From positions 288,124 through 352,123 of the forward strand of contig JBHLLT010000001.1 of assembly GCA_048938855.1 (NCBI GenBank): a DNA stretch of 64,000 bases, written 5' to 3'. The position numbers were made by a program, and so were the translations under genes. Below the pieces are notes generated by a model. The model saw only the letters and a list, made by a program, of their open reading frames with translations, did not search any database and was not told the origin of the DNA. This stretch comes from Promethearchaeota archaeon (GTDB lineage: Archaea; Asgardarchaeota; Lokiarchaeia; Sigyniarchaeales; SOKP01). Shown piece after piece: positions 49,328-58,609 of the stretch; position 1 is the first letter of the stretch; each line of letters begins with the position of its first letter.

Positions 49328-51691
49328 CTAATCAATTTTAATGTTTACACAACAATTTTCACAAACAATGGCTTCTCCATTACTAAATTTCTCAATAGCT
49401 TCAGATGGTATGAGTGTAAAACAATATGGACACAAACATGATAAAATCGCAATTCTCATATCATAGAATCCTTCTTCAGAAGTAATTATGTTATTTTCAA
49501 TTAATTTTTGTCTTACACGATCTCCTATCTCAGCTAGAAATGCTGTTATTTGTTCTTCATTATTACCAGAAACTTCAAATTCTAAGGTCTTTCTATCTCC
49601 ATCTAATAGAACATTCATTACAAGTCTTTCTTTCTTAACTTTTGTAATCCCAAAAAACCATGCTTCTCCAAAATTATTATCTTCAAAGAACTCATTAGAG
49701 ATTAATTTTATATCAAATTGTTCTAAGACTGCGAGAATCGAAGAAAAAATTGAGCTTGCCTTATCAGAATCGATAATCGGAAACACTTTTTTATCTCGGT
49801 GTGTAAGATTACGTCTTAAACTTTTAACTCTGGCTAAATTAGCATCAGATTCTGTGAAAAATATTGGACATGAAATTCCAATCATTTTCGGTTTCATGGG
49901 TATTGCATGCGGTTTATCTTTCACATCAAAAAAACCTACCGTGGCATTTACATGGCTCTCCATACAATTAAGTGGTTCAAAATAAAGAGATATTGCTCGT
50001 TTTTCTCTCGCTCCCAATTTTGGGATAAGAATACTATCTCCCTTTCGATTGTAATTTGGTTCATGTGTTATCCATTTTAAAGATTTAGGTAAATCAAAAG
50101 TTATCCGTAAATTAGTTAATGGATAATTTGTATTATTTATCAAGCCCATTTTGAATCTTACTTGTCCTCCAATAAATTCATATTCTCTAACAATCGAAAG
50201 TATCTGTTTTACAATCTCATCCTTAATTACCGAAGCAATTTCAAACTCGCTTAACTCATCCACATCAAATTTCACTCGTTTTTCCAATGGCTTTATCCCC
50301 ATTGATTTATCTAAACTCTCCTGAAGTTTTTCTTGAAACAGTCTGACGTTCAGAAGACGATTTTGTATTTTTTCTGCGTAATCTTCATATATTTTGAAGT
50401 TTTGAGCTTTCTTTTTTGCATCCGAATAAGTTAGTATAATATTATCTGTTAATTTAATTGTTTTAACTAATTCCTGATCTTGTATTTCATGAGCAGTTTT
50501 TAGTGCATCATCTGCCTTTTTAATCATCATTTCAATTTCTAACCGTTTAAGATTCTTAGTTATGTCTTCAATTTTCAATATAATTTCTATACGAGATGCT
50601 TTAGATTTACCATACATCTTCAATCGAAGTATGGAATTAAGATCCTCAATAGCTGCGCTCCACTCTTGTTTAGCAGTATTCAAATCTAATTCCATGTAGG
50701 CTTTTTGAGCATTTTGAAAATGCACTATAACAGCACCATTATAAGCATCATTTAAATTTTCTTTTAATATTCTAAGATTTACATTTATTAATTTCTTCTG
50801 GATAACCATCTTAGAAAAACGTGAATAAATTTGAATTGCTTCTTTCCAGCTTTCTATTGCTAGTTCATATGATTCTTCTTCATAATACCTACTTCCCTCA
50901 TCTATTAGTCTCTTAAAATTTTGTAAAAGTTTATCAAAATTGCTTGTATAGGGCAGATCTTTTTTGAGTTTGATGTGAGTGGGATAACTTTCCTTTTTTG
51001 AATACAGATAATTAATATCATAAAGAAAGTTAATCACTATTAGTGTTAAAAATAAATAAATAGAAGTAAGATAGTTAATTCCTGAAGTACTTAATGCTGA
51101 GGACACTATAAAAAATATCCCCAAGATTAAGATTAGCAAAACAAAAATTCTGAGTTGCATTTTTTCTAAAAAATCAGCAATATTAATTATATACGGTTTC
51201 GGTTCTGATGGAATTTTATCTATTTCCATGGAATCTCTATACAGACGATTTTTTATTATTGGTTTATAAATACGATATGATATAGAGTTTATCACCATAA
51301 TTCCCGCTAATAAGAGTCCTGAACCAACCCAAAAGCGTAATAGAATTTGAAGTATAAGCCAAGAATTTAAGAAAGATTCTAAACCAATACTACTTAAAAA
51401 TACACATATACCAAACCAGAATGGAAAAAACATAACTATTGATTTAATTCCCCTTCTGAACCTTTCTTTATTAAATGTCCCAAAATAATAAACAATAATC
51501 GACCATGAAAAGCAACCTATAAAATAAGAATGAAATACATTAAAATATACCTCACCATCCTCATAGAGTCCTCCCCATCCGAATATCCATTTAAAAAACA
51601 TTTCAAATTGATAATTGTAAACTGTAGGACTGAGTAATGTAAAACCCCCAAAAATCAAAATTGGTAAAAAATATTTGGATTTTTTATTCAT
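49328..51691 (-). CDS. Paralogue of the adjacent membrane protein, same architecture
   Basis: C-terminal ~290 aa strongly similar to 46982..49282; CPYC..CENC. Confidence 0.7.
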   Translation of the reverse strand: MNKKSKYFLPILIFGGFTLLSPTVYNYQFEMFFKWIFGWGGLYEDGEVYFNVFHSYFIGCFSWSIIVYYFGTFNKERFRRGIKSIVMFFPFWFGICVFLSSIGLESFLNSWLILQILLRFWVGSGLLLAGIMVINSISYRIYKPIIKNRLYRDSMEIDKIPSEPKPYIINIADFLEKMQLRIFVLLILILGIFFIVSSALSTSGINYLTSIYLFLTLIVINFLYDINYLYSKKESYPTHIKLKKDLPYTSNFDKLLQNFKRLIDEGSRYYEEESYELAIESWKEAIQIYSRFSKMVIQKKLINVNLRILKENLNDAYNGAVIVHFQNAQKAYMELDLNTAKQEWSAAIEDLNSILRLKMYGKSKASRIEIILKIEDITKNLKRLEIEMMIKKADDALKTAHEIQDQELVKTIKLTDNIILTYSDAKKKAQNFKIYEDYAEKIQNRLLNVRLFQEKLQESLDKSMGIKPLEKRVKFDVDELSEFEIASVIKDEIVKQILSIVREYEFIGGQVRFKMGLINNTNYPLTNLRITFDLPKSLKWITHEPNYNRKGDSILIPKLGAREKRAISLYFEPLNCMESHVNATVGFFDVKDKPHAIPMKPKMIGISCPIFFTESDANLARVKSLRRNLTHRDKKVFPIIDSDKASSIFSSILAVLEQFDIKLISNEFFEDNNFGEAWFFGITKVKKERLVMNVLLDGDRKTLEFEVSGNNEEQITAFLAEIGDRVRQKLIENNIITSEEGFYDMRIAILSCLCPYCFTLIPSEAIEKFSNGEAIVCENCCVNIKID

Positions 51692-51961
51692 TTAATACTT
51701 CCCTCATTAAATCTTTTTTATAAGTAAATTTTTATTTGTTGAATGAATTTCAGTTCTTTATTTTTATTGGAAGATTTAATAAATAGAAATTTAAACTTTT
51801 TCGTTTGCATTCAATCTTTTTGGAATTTTTATACATTTATTATATGTTGTTTAAAGTCAAAATTAAAAAAACCAAAGCATATCACACTTAATTTTGAAAT
51901 TCTTAGCAAATTTAAATCAAAAATTTTATTTAACATCTCTTACTACTGTTTATATACTATC

Positions 51962-52012
51962 TCGATGAATTATGAAAATATATCTAAAATTATGTATATT
52001 CGAAGGAGATGA
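51962..52012 (+). promoter_or_regulatory. Predicted k-turn in the rpl7ae leader, overlapping the Shine-Dalgarno
   Basis: UC-GA-UGAAU (51962-51970) pairs with AUUCG-AAG-GA-GA (51998-52009); SD-like GGAGATGA at 52005-52012. Confidence 0.55.
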
Positions 52013-52018
52013 TTAATA

Positions 52019-52390
52019 ATTTCTTATGTTAGATTTAAGATTCCAGATAAACTGAAAACTCAACTTAAGAATGCTTTAGGTCAAATAGCAGAAACAAGAG
52101 ATTCAAAGATTCGTAGAGGAATGAATGAAGTTACAAAATCGATTGAACGCGTTCAAGCAAAACTAGTGGTAATGGCTGAAGACGTAAGCCCTCCAGAAAT
52201 ACTCTTTCATATTCCCCTGTTATGTGAAGAAAAGGGTATACCTTATGGATATCTTTCCACTAAAAAAGAACTGGGAAATACAGTCAGAATCAACGTATCA
52301 TCAAGTGCTATTTCAGTTGAAAATGGAGGAACAGGTAATGATGGTATTTTAAATGATGTTATTAAAAAACTCGAAGAAGCAAAGAAGTAG
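52019..52390 (+). CDS. rpl7ae: 50S ribosomal protein L7Ae (eL8), start extended to ATT at 52019
   Basis: Conserved N-terminus (I/M)SYVRFKIPDKL...KIRRGMNEVTKSIER lies upstream of the ATG at 52121; AEDVSPPEI..LCEEK. Confidence 0.93.
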   Translation: MSYVRFKIPDKLKTQLKNALGQIAETRDSKIRRGMNEVTKSIERVQAKLVVMAEDVSPPEILFHIPLLCEEKGIPYGYLSTKKELGNTVRINVSSSAISVENGGTGNDGILNDVIKKLEEAKK

Positions 52391-52402
52391 TGGTGAGTAC
52401 AT

Positions 52403-52648
52403 ATGGTTAAATTAGACAAATCAAAAGGAGCATCAGTACAAGATTTATCTACTTCCGCACAGGTAATTCAAATTATTGGACGAACTGGTCTCACAGGAGA
52501 AATCACTCAAATCAAAGTACGCATTCTTGAGGGCCCCGATAAAAACCGAATCCTTACTCGAAATGTTAAAGGTCCTGTTAAAATGAATGATATTGTTATA
52601 TTGAGAGAAGTGGAACGAGAAGCTCGTAAAATTCGAGGGCGTCGTTAA
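52403..52648 (+). CDS. rps28e: 30S ribosomal protein eS28
   Basis: [30 protein letters not shown]. Confidence 0.97.
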   Translation: MVKLDKSKGASVQDLSTSAQVIQIIGRTGLTGEITQIKVRILEGPDKNRILTRNVKGPVKMNDIVILREVEREARKIRGRR

Positions 52649-52706
52649 TTGTCCTTATAAATCTCGATATTAAATTAAAAAAATACTTTTTTTCTCTATT
52701 CTCAAT

Positions 52707-52835
52707 TTAAATTTTAAATTTTATTATTTCATTTTTTAATTTTTCTGCCAAGTCTCTTAATTTATTTGCTGTTGACGAAACTTCTTCCGTTGAAGCAGAT
52801 TGTTGTTCAGTGGACGAATTTATCCTATTTATAGA
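52707..52835 (-). pseudogene. Remnant C-terminal helix of a methyl-accepting chemotaxis-like protein
   Basis: SINRINSSTEQQSASTEEVSSTANKLRDLAEKLKNEIIKFKI* with no upstream signalling domain. Confidence 0.65.
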
Positions 52836-52897
52836 ATAAGTATGTTTATATACTAAAATCAATTTAGTAGTACTTTATAAATCTGTGCTGAGATAGT

Positions 52898-53419
52898 TTG
52901 TATATGTTCTATACCATTCTCGATGATTTTATTCTTTATCAGCAGCTGACATTAAAACCTTTAAAATATTCGAATTTCGAACTCAAATTATATAATTATT
53001 TTTATAATAAGACACAAGTAAACCCATCATATATTATTCTCATTAATATCGAAGGTAATGATTTTATTTTCTTCTTCGTAAAAAAAGATGAATATTTCCA
53101 AGCAAAGACAGTTCTAAATTCAATAAGGAATAACATTAAGCATAAAAAAGTAATGATAATTAGATTTGATAATATTTTAATAAATCTAATCTTTAATTTA
53201 TTTCCTGATTTATGTATCGATGACATTGAGATTGAAATAAACAAAGAAAAAGCCAATTATGAAGTATCAATTTATTTTTTAAGAGAATTAAATATATATC
53301 ATATAGCGGTGGGAGAGCGTGGTAGTTATATTAAAGCTGTAAATAAGTTAATGGAGAAATATATTACGTTTAACAATTGTTATACCCCTCTAACGATAAA
53401 GTGTAGGGTAACTGATTAA
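52898..53419 (+). CDS. Divergent NusA-like KH-domain protein
   Basis: IFFFVK...KKVMII...NLFP...IAVGERGSYIKAVN. Confidence 0.55.
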   Translation: MYMFYTILDDFILYQQLTLKPLKYSNFELKLYNYFYNKTQVNPSYIILINIEGNDFIFFFVKKDEYFQAKTVLNSIRNNIKHKKVMIIRFDNILINLIFNLFPDLCIDDIEIEINKEKANYEVSIYFLRELNIYHIAVGERGSYIKAVNKLMEKYITFNNCYTPLTIKCRVTD

Positions 53420-53427
53420 TTTCAGAT

Positions 53428-54009
53428 TTATTTTCCCGATAAAGCTTTTAATTCTGCGATCAACCAGCAAACTTCTTCATAAGTGGATGAAGATTTGTAA
53501 ATTTCCTCTGCTTTTTTCTTTATTTCCCTCTCAGAAGCATCTTCTTTTATAAATTTCATTTGTATCTCTGCTAGTTTTCTACACAGATCTTTATAATCAT
53601 GGCTTTCTTGTGCAATTTTATGTGCTTCAATTGTAATTTCTGCTTCAAAATCTGGGTCTATACCCGCTTCTATAAGCTCTTGAGTATCATTAATGCGAAT
53701 TTTTAACTCAGGTCTTTTTGCAAATTCAGTGCCAGATTCTAATCCTTTCTTTAATAAGTCCATTAATACTAAAAATGATCCAAATTCTTGATTTTGCTTG
53801 AGAATTTGTATCTTAACGCGTTTACTTTTTTGTTCTTTCAGCTTCTCGGTTCTTTTTATGCTTAAATCTTTCTTTTTGCTAGAAACTTTTGAACCTATCC
53901 ATAAATATAAGGTTTTAATATCATCAATTAAAAAGACTTTGTTTTCATTGAAATCCACTTTGGTAACCTTTCTTAAAGCGCCATTTTCAGTAATGCTATA
54001 TAAAATCAT
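53428..54009 (-). CDS. Single-domain gelsolin with C-terminal helical X domain (1DGelX-like)
   Basis: KVFLIDDIKTLYLWIGSK..QNQE; repeated YKDLCRKLAE and YEEVCWLIAE. Confidence 0.75.
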   Translation of the reverse strand: MILYSITENGALRKVTKVDFNENKVFLIDDIKTLYLWIGSKVSSKKKDLSIKRTEKLKEQKSKRVKIQILKQNQEFGSFLVLMDLLKKGLESGTEFAKRPELKIRINDTQELIEAGIDPDFEAEITIEAHKIAQESHDYKDLCRKLAEIQMKFIKEDASEREIKKKAEEIYKSSSTYEEVCWLIAELKALSGK

Positions 54010-54102
54010 TCGAGTTCTCTTAGAAATTAAATATAATATAGTAAATAGAAGTATAAAAATGATATAAATCTTTATTACATATTTCCGAACAAAAAAGATT
54101 GT

Positions 54103-54312
54103 TTAGGGAATTTCCTCAAAATAACCAAGCAATTTGAGATTTTTATACTCATCATGGAGAAAATCCCGTAAGGCAGTTCGAATTGCTTCCGATCTTGAGG
54201 CAACAATTTTCATACTAATAAGTTTTTTAATATTTTCATCGTAAATTTCGGGCAAATTAATGGTTATATTCACCATTTTCTTTTTCTTCTTGTTATTTTC
54301 TTTATCTTCCAT
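54103..54312 (-). CDS. Ribbon-helix-helix (CopG/MetJ-like) regulator
   Basis: NITINLP..SRSEAIRTALRDFL. Confidence 0.85.
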   Translation of the reverse strand: MEDKENNKKKKKMVNITINLPEIYDENIKKLISMKIVASRSEAIRTALRDFLHDEYKNLKLLGYFEEIP

Positions 54313-54604
54313 GAAAATTGCTCCAAAAATTTCTGTTTCTAAATTTCTCTTATTTCCAATGATAAAAGTGAATTAGAAAGAAGATATATTCTTTGCCCTT
54401 AATTATTCACTCTTTTCCAATATTATATTATAAGTTAAGTATCTTATTAAATGTTTTTGGCTTTCTACCTTCGCTATAAAATTATTTTGATTATTTAATT
54501 ACATAGATGAACGTTTGGTATGACAAATAAATAGTATAGATGAAAATATTTTACTATTCCTATAAGATATTATTCAAGATACCTAGAAGGAGAAGTTGAT
54601 AAAA

Positions 54605-55279
54605 TTATAATCTCTCTTCCGATTTAATATACCTACCACGGCTTTCAATGGCGTCTATGTTTTTAACAATATTTTTCCACTCATTTAATCCTACTTTTTC
54701 GTACTCAGATTTGTATCCTTCAAGAAATGCATCAAAACAAAATTTATAATATTTACCATGAGAAGATATAAGGACTCTTTTAAAGAGGTGTAGATCAACG
54801 CTTTTATCTTCTACAGTATTGGAATACTCATGTAACCCAAAATCTATAAGGAAAATGTTTTCTTCTGGAGTTATAATTATATTACTTGTAGTTATATCGC
54901 CGTGGATATGTCCATTTATATGTAGTTTTGCTATAGTTCCTCCAATTCTATTAAAATAGGATTGTTTTTTGTTTTCATCTAAATTGTGTAAGATTTCTTT
55001 TAATTTTGCACCTTTTATATATTTCATGACAATGGTAGAATTAGAGGTATCAATTTCAAATACTTGTGGTACATATATCCCATAATTCTTCACTCTTATT
55101 AACGCCCGAGCCTCATTTAATGTTCTCTCTGTTCTAATTTTCTTATCCAATTCCATTGTTCGATATTTCTTAGGAATTCTATACTTAAATATTACTTCCT
55201 TTCCAAACCAGTGGCCATAGTACAGGTTTGCCTCTGCTCCTTTTCTTATGATTTTTTCCTTTTTTACAGTATGACTCAA
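54605..55279 (-). CDS. bud32: KEOPS kinase Bud32
   Basis: GAEA, KYRIPK, HGDITTSN, IDFGL, RGRY; TTG start after GGAGGT. Confidence 0.95.
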   Translation of the reverse strand: MSHTVKKEKIIRKGAEANLYYGHWFGKEVIFKYRIPKKYRTMELDKKIRTERTLNEARALIRVKNYGIYVPQVFEIDTSNSTIVMKYIKGAKLKEILHNLDENKKQSYFNRIGGTIAKLHINGHIHGDITTSNIIITPEENIFLIDFGLHEYSNTVEDKSVDLHLFKRVLISSHGKYYKFCFDAFLEGYKSEYEKVGLNEWKNIVKNIDAIESRGRYIKSEERL

Positions 55280-55284
55280 AAAAT

Positions 55285-56292
55285 CTACAACCTCCAAGGA
55301 ATTGGTATTTGATCCATTCTCTCTTTAGGTTTAATCTTAGTCTCAGAAATTTCATGACCTCCTTCTGCTTGATATCTTAAAATTCCTGCCCAACCTATCA
55401 TAGCACCATTATCACCAGCATATCTTAAGGGAACAACTTCAAATCTTGCATTATGCTCCTTACTGATATATTCTATCATAGATTGTAGTCTCTTGTTAGC
55501 GGCTACGCCTCCCGTGAGGAGGACTTCATTCTTTTCTGTATGAGCTAAAGCTCTTTCAGTAACTTCTGTTAGCATCCCAAAAGCTGTTTCTTGTAAAGAA
55601 AAAGCAATATCTCCTAAATTATATTTTTTATTATAATCTTCAGATTGAAGTAAATACTTTGTAGCGGTATAAAGTCCTGAGAATGATAGATCCATACCTT
55701 TCACTACATAAGGTAATTGAATATATTCCCTTTTAGATTCTAAAGCTAATTTTTCAATTTTAGGACCGCCTGGATGCTGTAGTCCTGCATCTCTAGCGAA
55801 TGAATCAATCATATTTCCAATTGCTAGATCAAGTGTTTCTCCAAATATTTGATATCTTTTGGATTCAAATGCACTTATAATAGTATTCCCTCCACTCACG
55901 TAAACAGCCAGGGGATCTTTAATGTTACACATTAATCTACCTATTTCTATGTGTGCTATACAATGATTCACTCCTACAATAGGAATATTTAAAAGTTGAC
56001 TTAACATTCGAGCTACTAACGCGCCTATTTTCAGGACTGGACCTAAACCAGGACTTTGGCTAAATGCTATTAAATTTATGTCCCTTATGGAAAGATTGGA
56101 TTCTAATAGGGCTTTATTTATTATCTTCATAAAGTTATTTAAATGTTGTTCCCTGACTAAAGCCGGGTGAAGCCCTCCTTCATCTGGTATGAAAATATCA
56201 TTTATAAGACTATGTACTTTTCCTTTAAAATTAATTATACCTACTGAAAATGTATGTGCTGTAGATTCAATGCCTAAACATATTTTTTCCAT
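55285..56292 (-). CDS. kae1: KEOPS t6A synthase Kae1
   Basis: GIESTAH, GPVLKIG, VNHCIAH, VSGGNT, GGVAAN, DNGAMI. Confidence 0.97.
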   Translation of the reverse strand: MEKICLGIESTAHTFSVGIINFKGKVHSLINDIFIPDEGGLHPALVREQHLNNFMKIINKALLESNLSIRDINLIAFSQSPGLGPVLKIGALVARMLSQLLNIPIVGVNHCIAHIEIGRLMCNIKDPLAVYVSGGNTIISAFESKRYQIFGETLDLAIGNMIDSFARDAGLQHPGGPKIEKLALESKREYIQLPYVVKGMDLSFSGLYTATKYLLQSEDYNKKYNLGDIAFSLQETAFGMLTEVTERALAHTEKNEVLLTGGVAANKRLQSMIEYISKEHNARFEVVPLRYAGDNGAMIGWAGILRYQAEGGHEISETKIKPKERMDQIPIPWRL

Positions 56293-56411
56293 TAATTTCG
56301 CCAAATTTTGAAGCCGGAATAATAATTAATAAAGTTAAATAGTGAAATACTTCTAAATTATTGGTTAAAATCTATTTTTTTAGTTAAGAAAGATTTCAAA
56401 ATTCATTAAAG

Positions 56412-56618
56412 CTATGCTTTTTGACGTTTACGAGGAGTCCGTCTAGTAGTTTTAGTCTTTGGAGCGCCTTTTCTTTTAAATACTGTATATCCACATTTCC
56501 CACAAGACCATCTGTCATAGTGTGATGCTAGAAAGTAGGAGGGACCACATTTAGGACATGTACGGTGCGTTCTAACCAATTTATTTCCTTCAATTTTATA
56601 ATAATTCGAAGAAGTCAT
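56412..56618 (-). CDS. rps27ae: 30S ribosomal protein eS31 (S27ae)
   Basis: CPKCG..FLASHYDRWSCGKCG. Confidence 0.95.
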   Translation of the reverse strand: MTSSNYYKIEGNKLVRTHRTCPKCGPSYFLASHYDRWSCGKCGYTVFKRKGAPKTKTTRRTPRKRQKA

Positions 56619-56647
56619 CTCAATCTGATAAAATATGTTAATCTGTT

Positions 56648-57001
56648 TTAATAATCAAATAGATGTTTATAGGGTTCTTTTCTTTTTTTCAATTGAATGA
56701 TTTCAGTTCTTTTTTCTTTTTCAAGGTTACGTACTTGAATATGGAAAGGCTCGAAGTAAGAGAGCTCCTTAGCATTTTCATATATATAAGCCGTTCCAAT
56801 TGTATACGTTGCTCCAAAATGAGTTCCTAGGTTTTTAATTATTGTTAATTTTTCATTACTTCCTTGCATTGCTGCAATTTTTTCCTTAATTTCTATTCTA
56901 TTTGGAGTCCCTGTACCAAAATTATCAATTCTAAATTTCAGTTCCGTTCGATTTATTAAGGGGTTTTTCTTCTCTTCCAAGATCTCAATATTTAACGACA
57001 T
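56648..57001 (-). CDS. rps24e: 30S ribosomal protein eS24
   Basis: NPLINRTE, TPNR, THFG. Confidence 0.92.
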   Translation of the reverse strand: MSLNIEILEEKKNPLINRTELKFRIDNFGTGTPNRIEIKEKIAAMQGSNEKLTIIKNLGTHFGATYTIGTAYIYENAKELSYFEPFHIQVRNLEKEKRTEIIQLKKRKEPYKHLFDY

Positions 57002-57146
57002 TTTCAACGTTTAAACTTTTTATAACATCTATTAATTAATGATTTTTACTATTTTATATCCTTCAAAAGAATAGATAAAAAATAAAATTTTGCTTTTTAT
57101 TAAAGAGAAAAGTTAAAAGGATTATTGAATATTTAAAAAGAAATGT

Positions 57147-57734
57147 TTAGAACTTTTCCATAATGCCAATAACATTTTTAACCTTTTCTTGAATGTTTTC
57201 ATCAACATCAACAATGACGATTCCTTCGGGAATTACGAAATTAGAATCCGTTATTGGTGGTTGTCCATAAAAACAATAATTTTTTACTCCCTCTATTAGA
57301 GGAATTTCAAGAATAAGTGGTAATATTAATAAATCTTCCTCTCCCTTAGTTATTTTGATTAGCGTTCTTTTCTCTGAAGTAATTGTGTTTCTAAGGATTT
57401 TCCAACATTCTTTAGAGATTGTTCCTTCAGGATTTTGAAACTTAATCGTATGTTTAAAATAATCCTCAAAATCTAAATTAATTTGATTTCTTCGGGTTTT
57501 TTCATCTATTATACAAATCTTAACATAATTCTTCAAAAAATTATTCCTTAAAAAATCATTCGCTACAATATCACCAACAATATAAAAGTTTATCGTAAGT
57601 CCCGATTTAACTTTATCTTTAAAAATGTTTTCTACTTGAGTTATTGTTTCTTCTCGAGTTCCTGCTATAAGGATATCAAGAGGTTCAGCAAATAAGTATC
57701 TTTTATCTTGAGGAATTCTTAAATTTAAATCCAT
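57147..57734 (-). CDS. GTP-dependent dephospho-CoA kinase (DUF359)
   Basis: VGDIV, IIDEKTRR, NPEGTI, GEEDL, YGQP; conserved gene position. Confidence 0.9.
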   Translation of the reverse strand: MDLNLRIPQDKRYLFAEPLDILIAGTREETITQVENIFKDKVKSGLTINFYIVGDIVANDFLRNNFLKNYVKICIIDEKTRRNQINLDFEDYFKHTIKFQNPEGTISKECWKILRNTITSEKRTLIKITKGEEDLLILPLILEIPLIEGVKNYCFYGQPPITDSNFVIPEGIVIVDVDENIQEKVKNVIGIMEKF

Positions 57735-57792
57735 CTGAATCAAGATTATAAAATCAAATAAATTAATAAAAGTAATCTAAATGATTAGACTT

Positions 57793-57981
57793 TTAGCGTA
57801 CTCTTAAAGCATACTTTCCAGGATATACAACTTTTAAATGGGCAGCAAATTTAGATTCTTTAGGATTAATAATAATAACCTCTCCTGTAAAATCTTCGCT
57901 TAGAGTATGTGTCTTACATTTAGGACATATAGTTTCGTTTTTGGTTATTAAATGACAATTTTTACAAGCTTTTTCTTTCAT
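57793..57981 (-). CDS. spt4: Transcription elongation factor Spt4
   Basis: ACKNC..CPKC..PGKYALRVR. Confidence 0.95.
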   Translation of the reverse strand: MKEKACKNCHLITKNETICPKCKTHTLSEDFTGEVIIINPKESKFAAHLKVVYPGKYALRVR

Positions 57982-58006
57982 TTTTTTTATCTTTTTTCTT
58001 TAATTA

Positions 58007-58609
58007 CTATTCTTTTATCTCTTCTTCTTCATCGGATTCAGTGGGTTTACCTTCTTTTTCTACATAGGTTTCTTCAATATCTTCTTCAATCCATTCCTGC
58101 TTTCCGAGAAATTTTTGTCGCATCGTTAAACCAAGTTTTCCACTTCGGCCAGTGCCTAATGAAACAGCAATAATCTTAGCTCTAACTTGATCATTTACTT
58201 CAAGAATTTTCCCTGTTTCTTTACCAATGAATCTGTTTCCAACTTGTTCATAAGAAATATAGTCGTCACAGATTTGGGATACATGCACTAATCCATCTAA
58301 TGGCCCTAGACGTACAAATGAGCCAAAATCAACAATTTCTACTACAGTTCCTTCAACCACTTCTGAAACTGTTGGTTTAAATGTTAAAATAGTGAATTCT
58401 ACCTCATGAAAGGTATTTGCATTTCCTGGTATGATTATCCCTTTTCCAACATTTAGTACATCAACAACTGCGATTATAAAACCATAATCTCGAGTTATGA
58501 TCCCTTCATAATCTTCTGAAAGTATTATTCTTGCACTTACATCTTTCTCTTGACCAAATAAAAATGGAGGTATCTCGATTTTTCCTTCAATAGTGTATAA
58601 TTTGAACAT
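58007..58609 (-). CDS. rpoE: RNA polymerase subunit Rpo7 (E')
   Basis: IPP..FG, GPLDGLVHVSQI, LGLTMRQ.FLGK.EW. Confidence 0.96.
   Translation of the reverse strand: MFKLYTIEGKIEIPPFLFGQEKDVSARIILSEDYEGIITRDYGFIIAVVDVLNVGKGIIIPGNANTFHEVEFTILTFKPTVSEVVEGTVVEIVDFGSFVRLGPLDGLVHVSQICDDYISYEQVGNRFIGKETGKILEVNDQVRAKIIAVSLGTGRSGKLGLTMRQKFLGKQEWIEEDIEETYVEKEGKPTESDEEEEIKE

Noticed and set aside
42270-51691. Diversity-generating retroelement behind the paralogue pairs
   Set aside because: No reverse transcriptase in the window, and the differences do not look adenine-specific.
51743-52012. 89-aa ORF upstream of rpl7ae
   Set aside because: Low-complexity AT-rich translation spanning the divergent promoter region. 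It is in frame with L7Ae across a TGA, but there is no homology or SECIS evidence for read-through.
56412-56618. Ubiquitin-eS31 fusion as in eukaryotes
   Set aside because: No ubiquitin domain upstream; this is an ordinary archaeal eS31.
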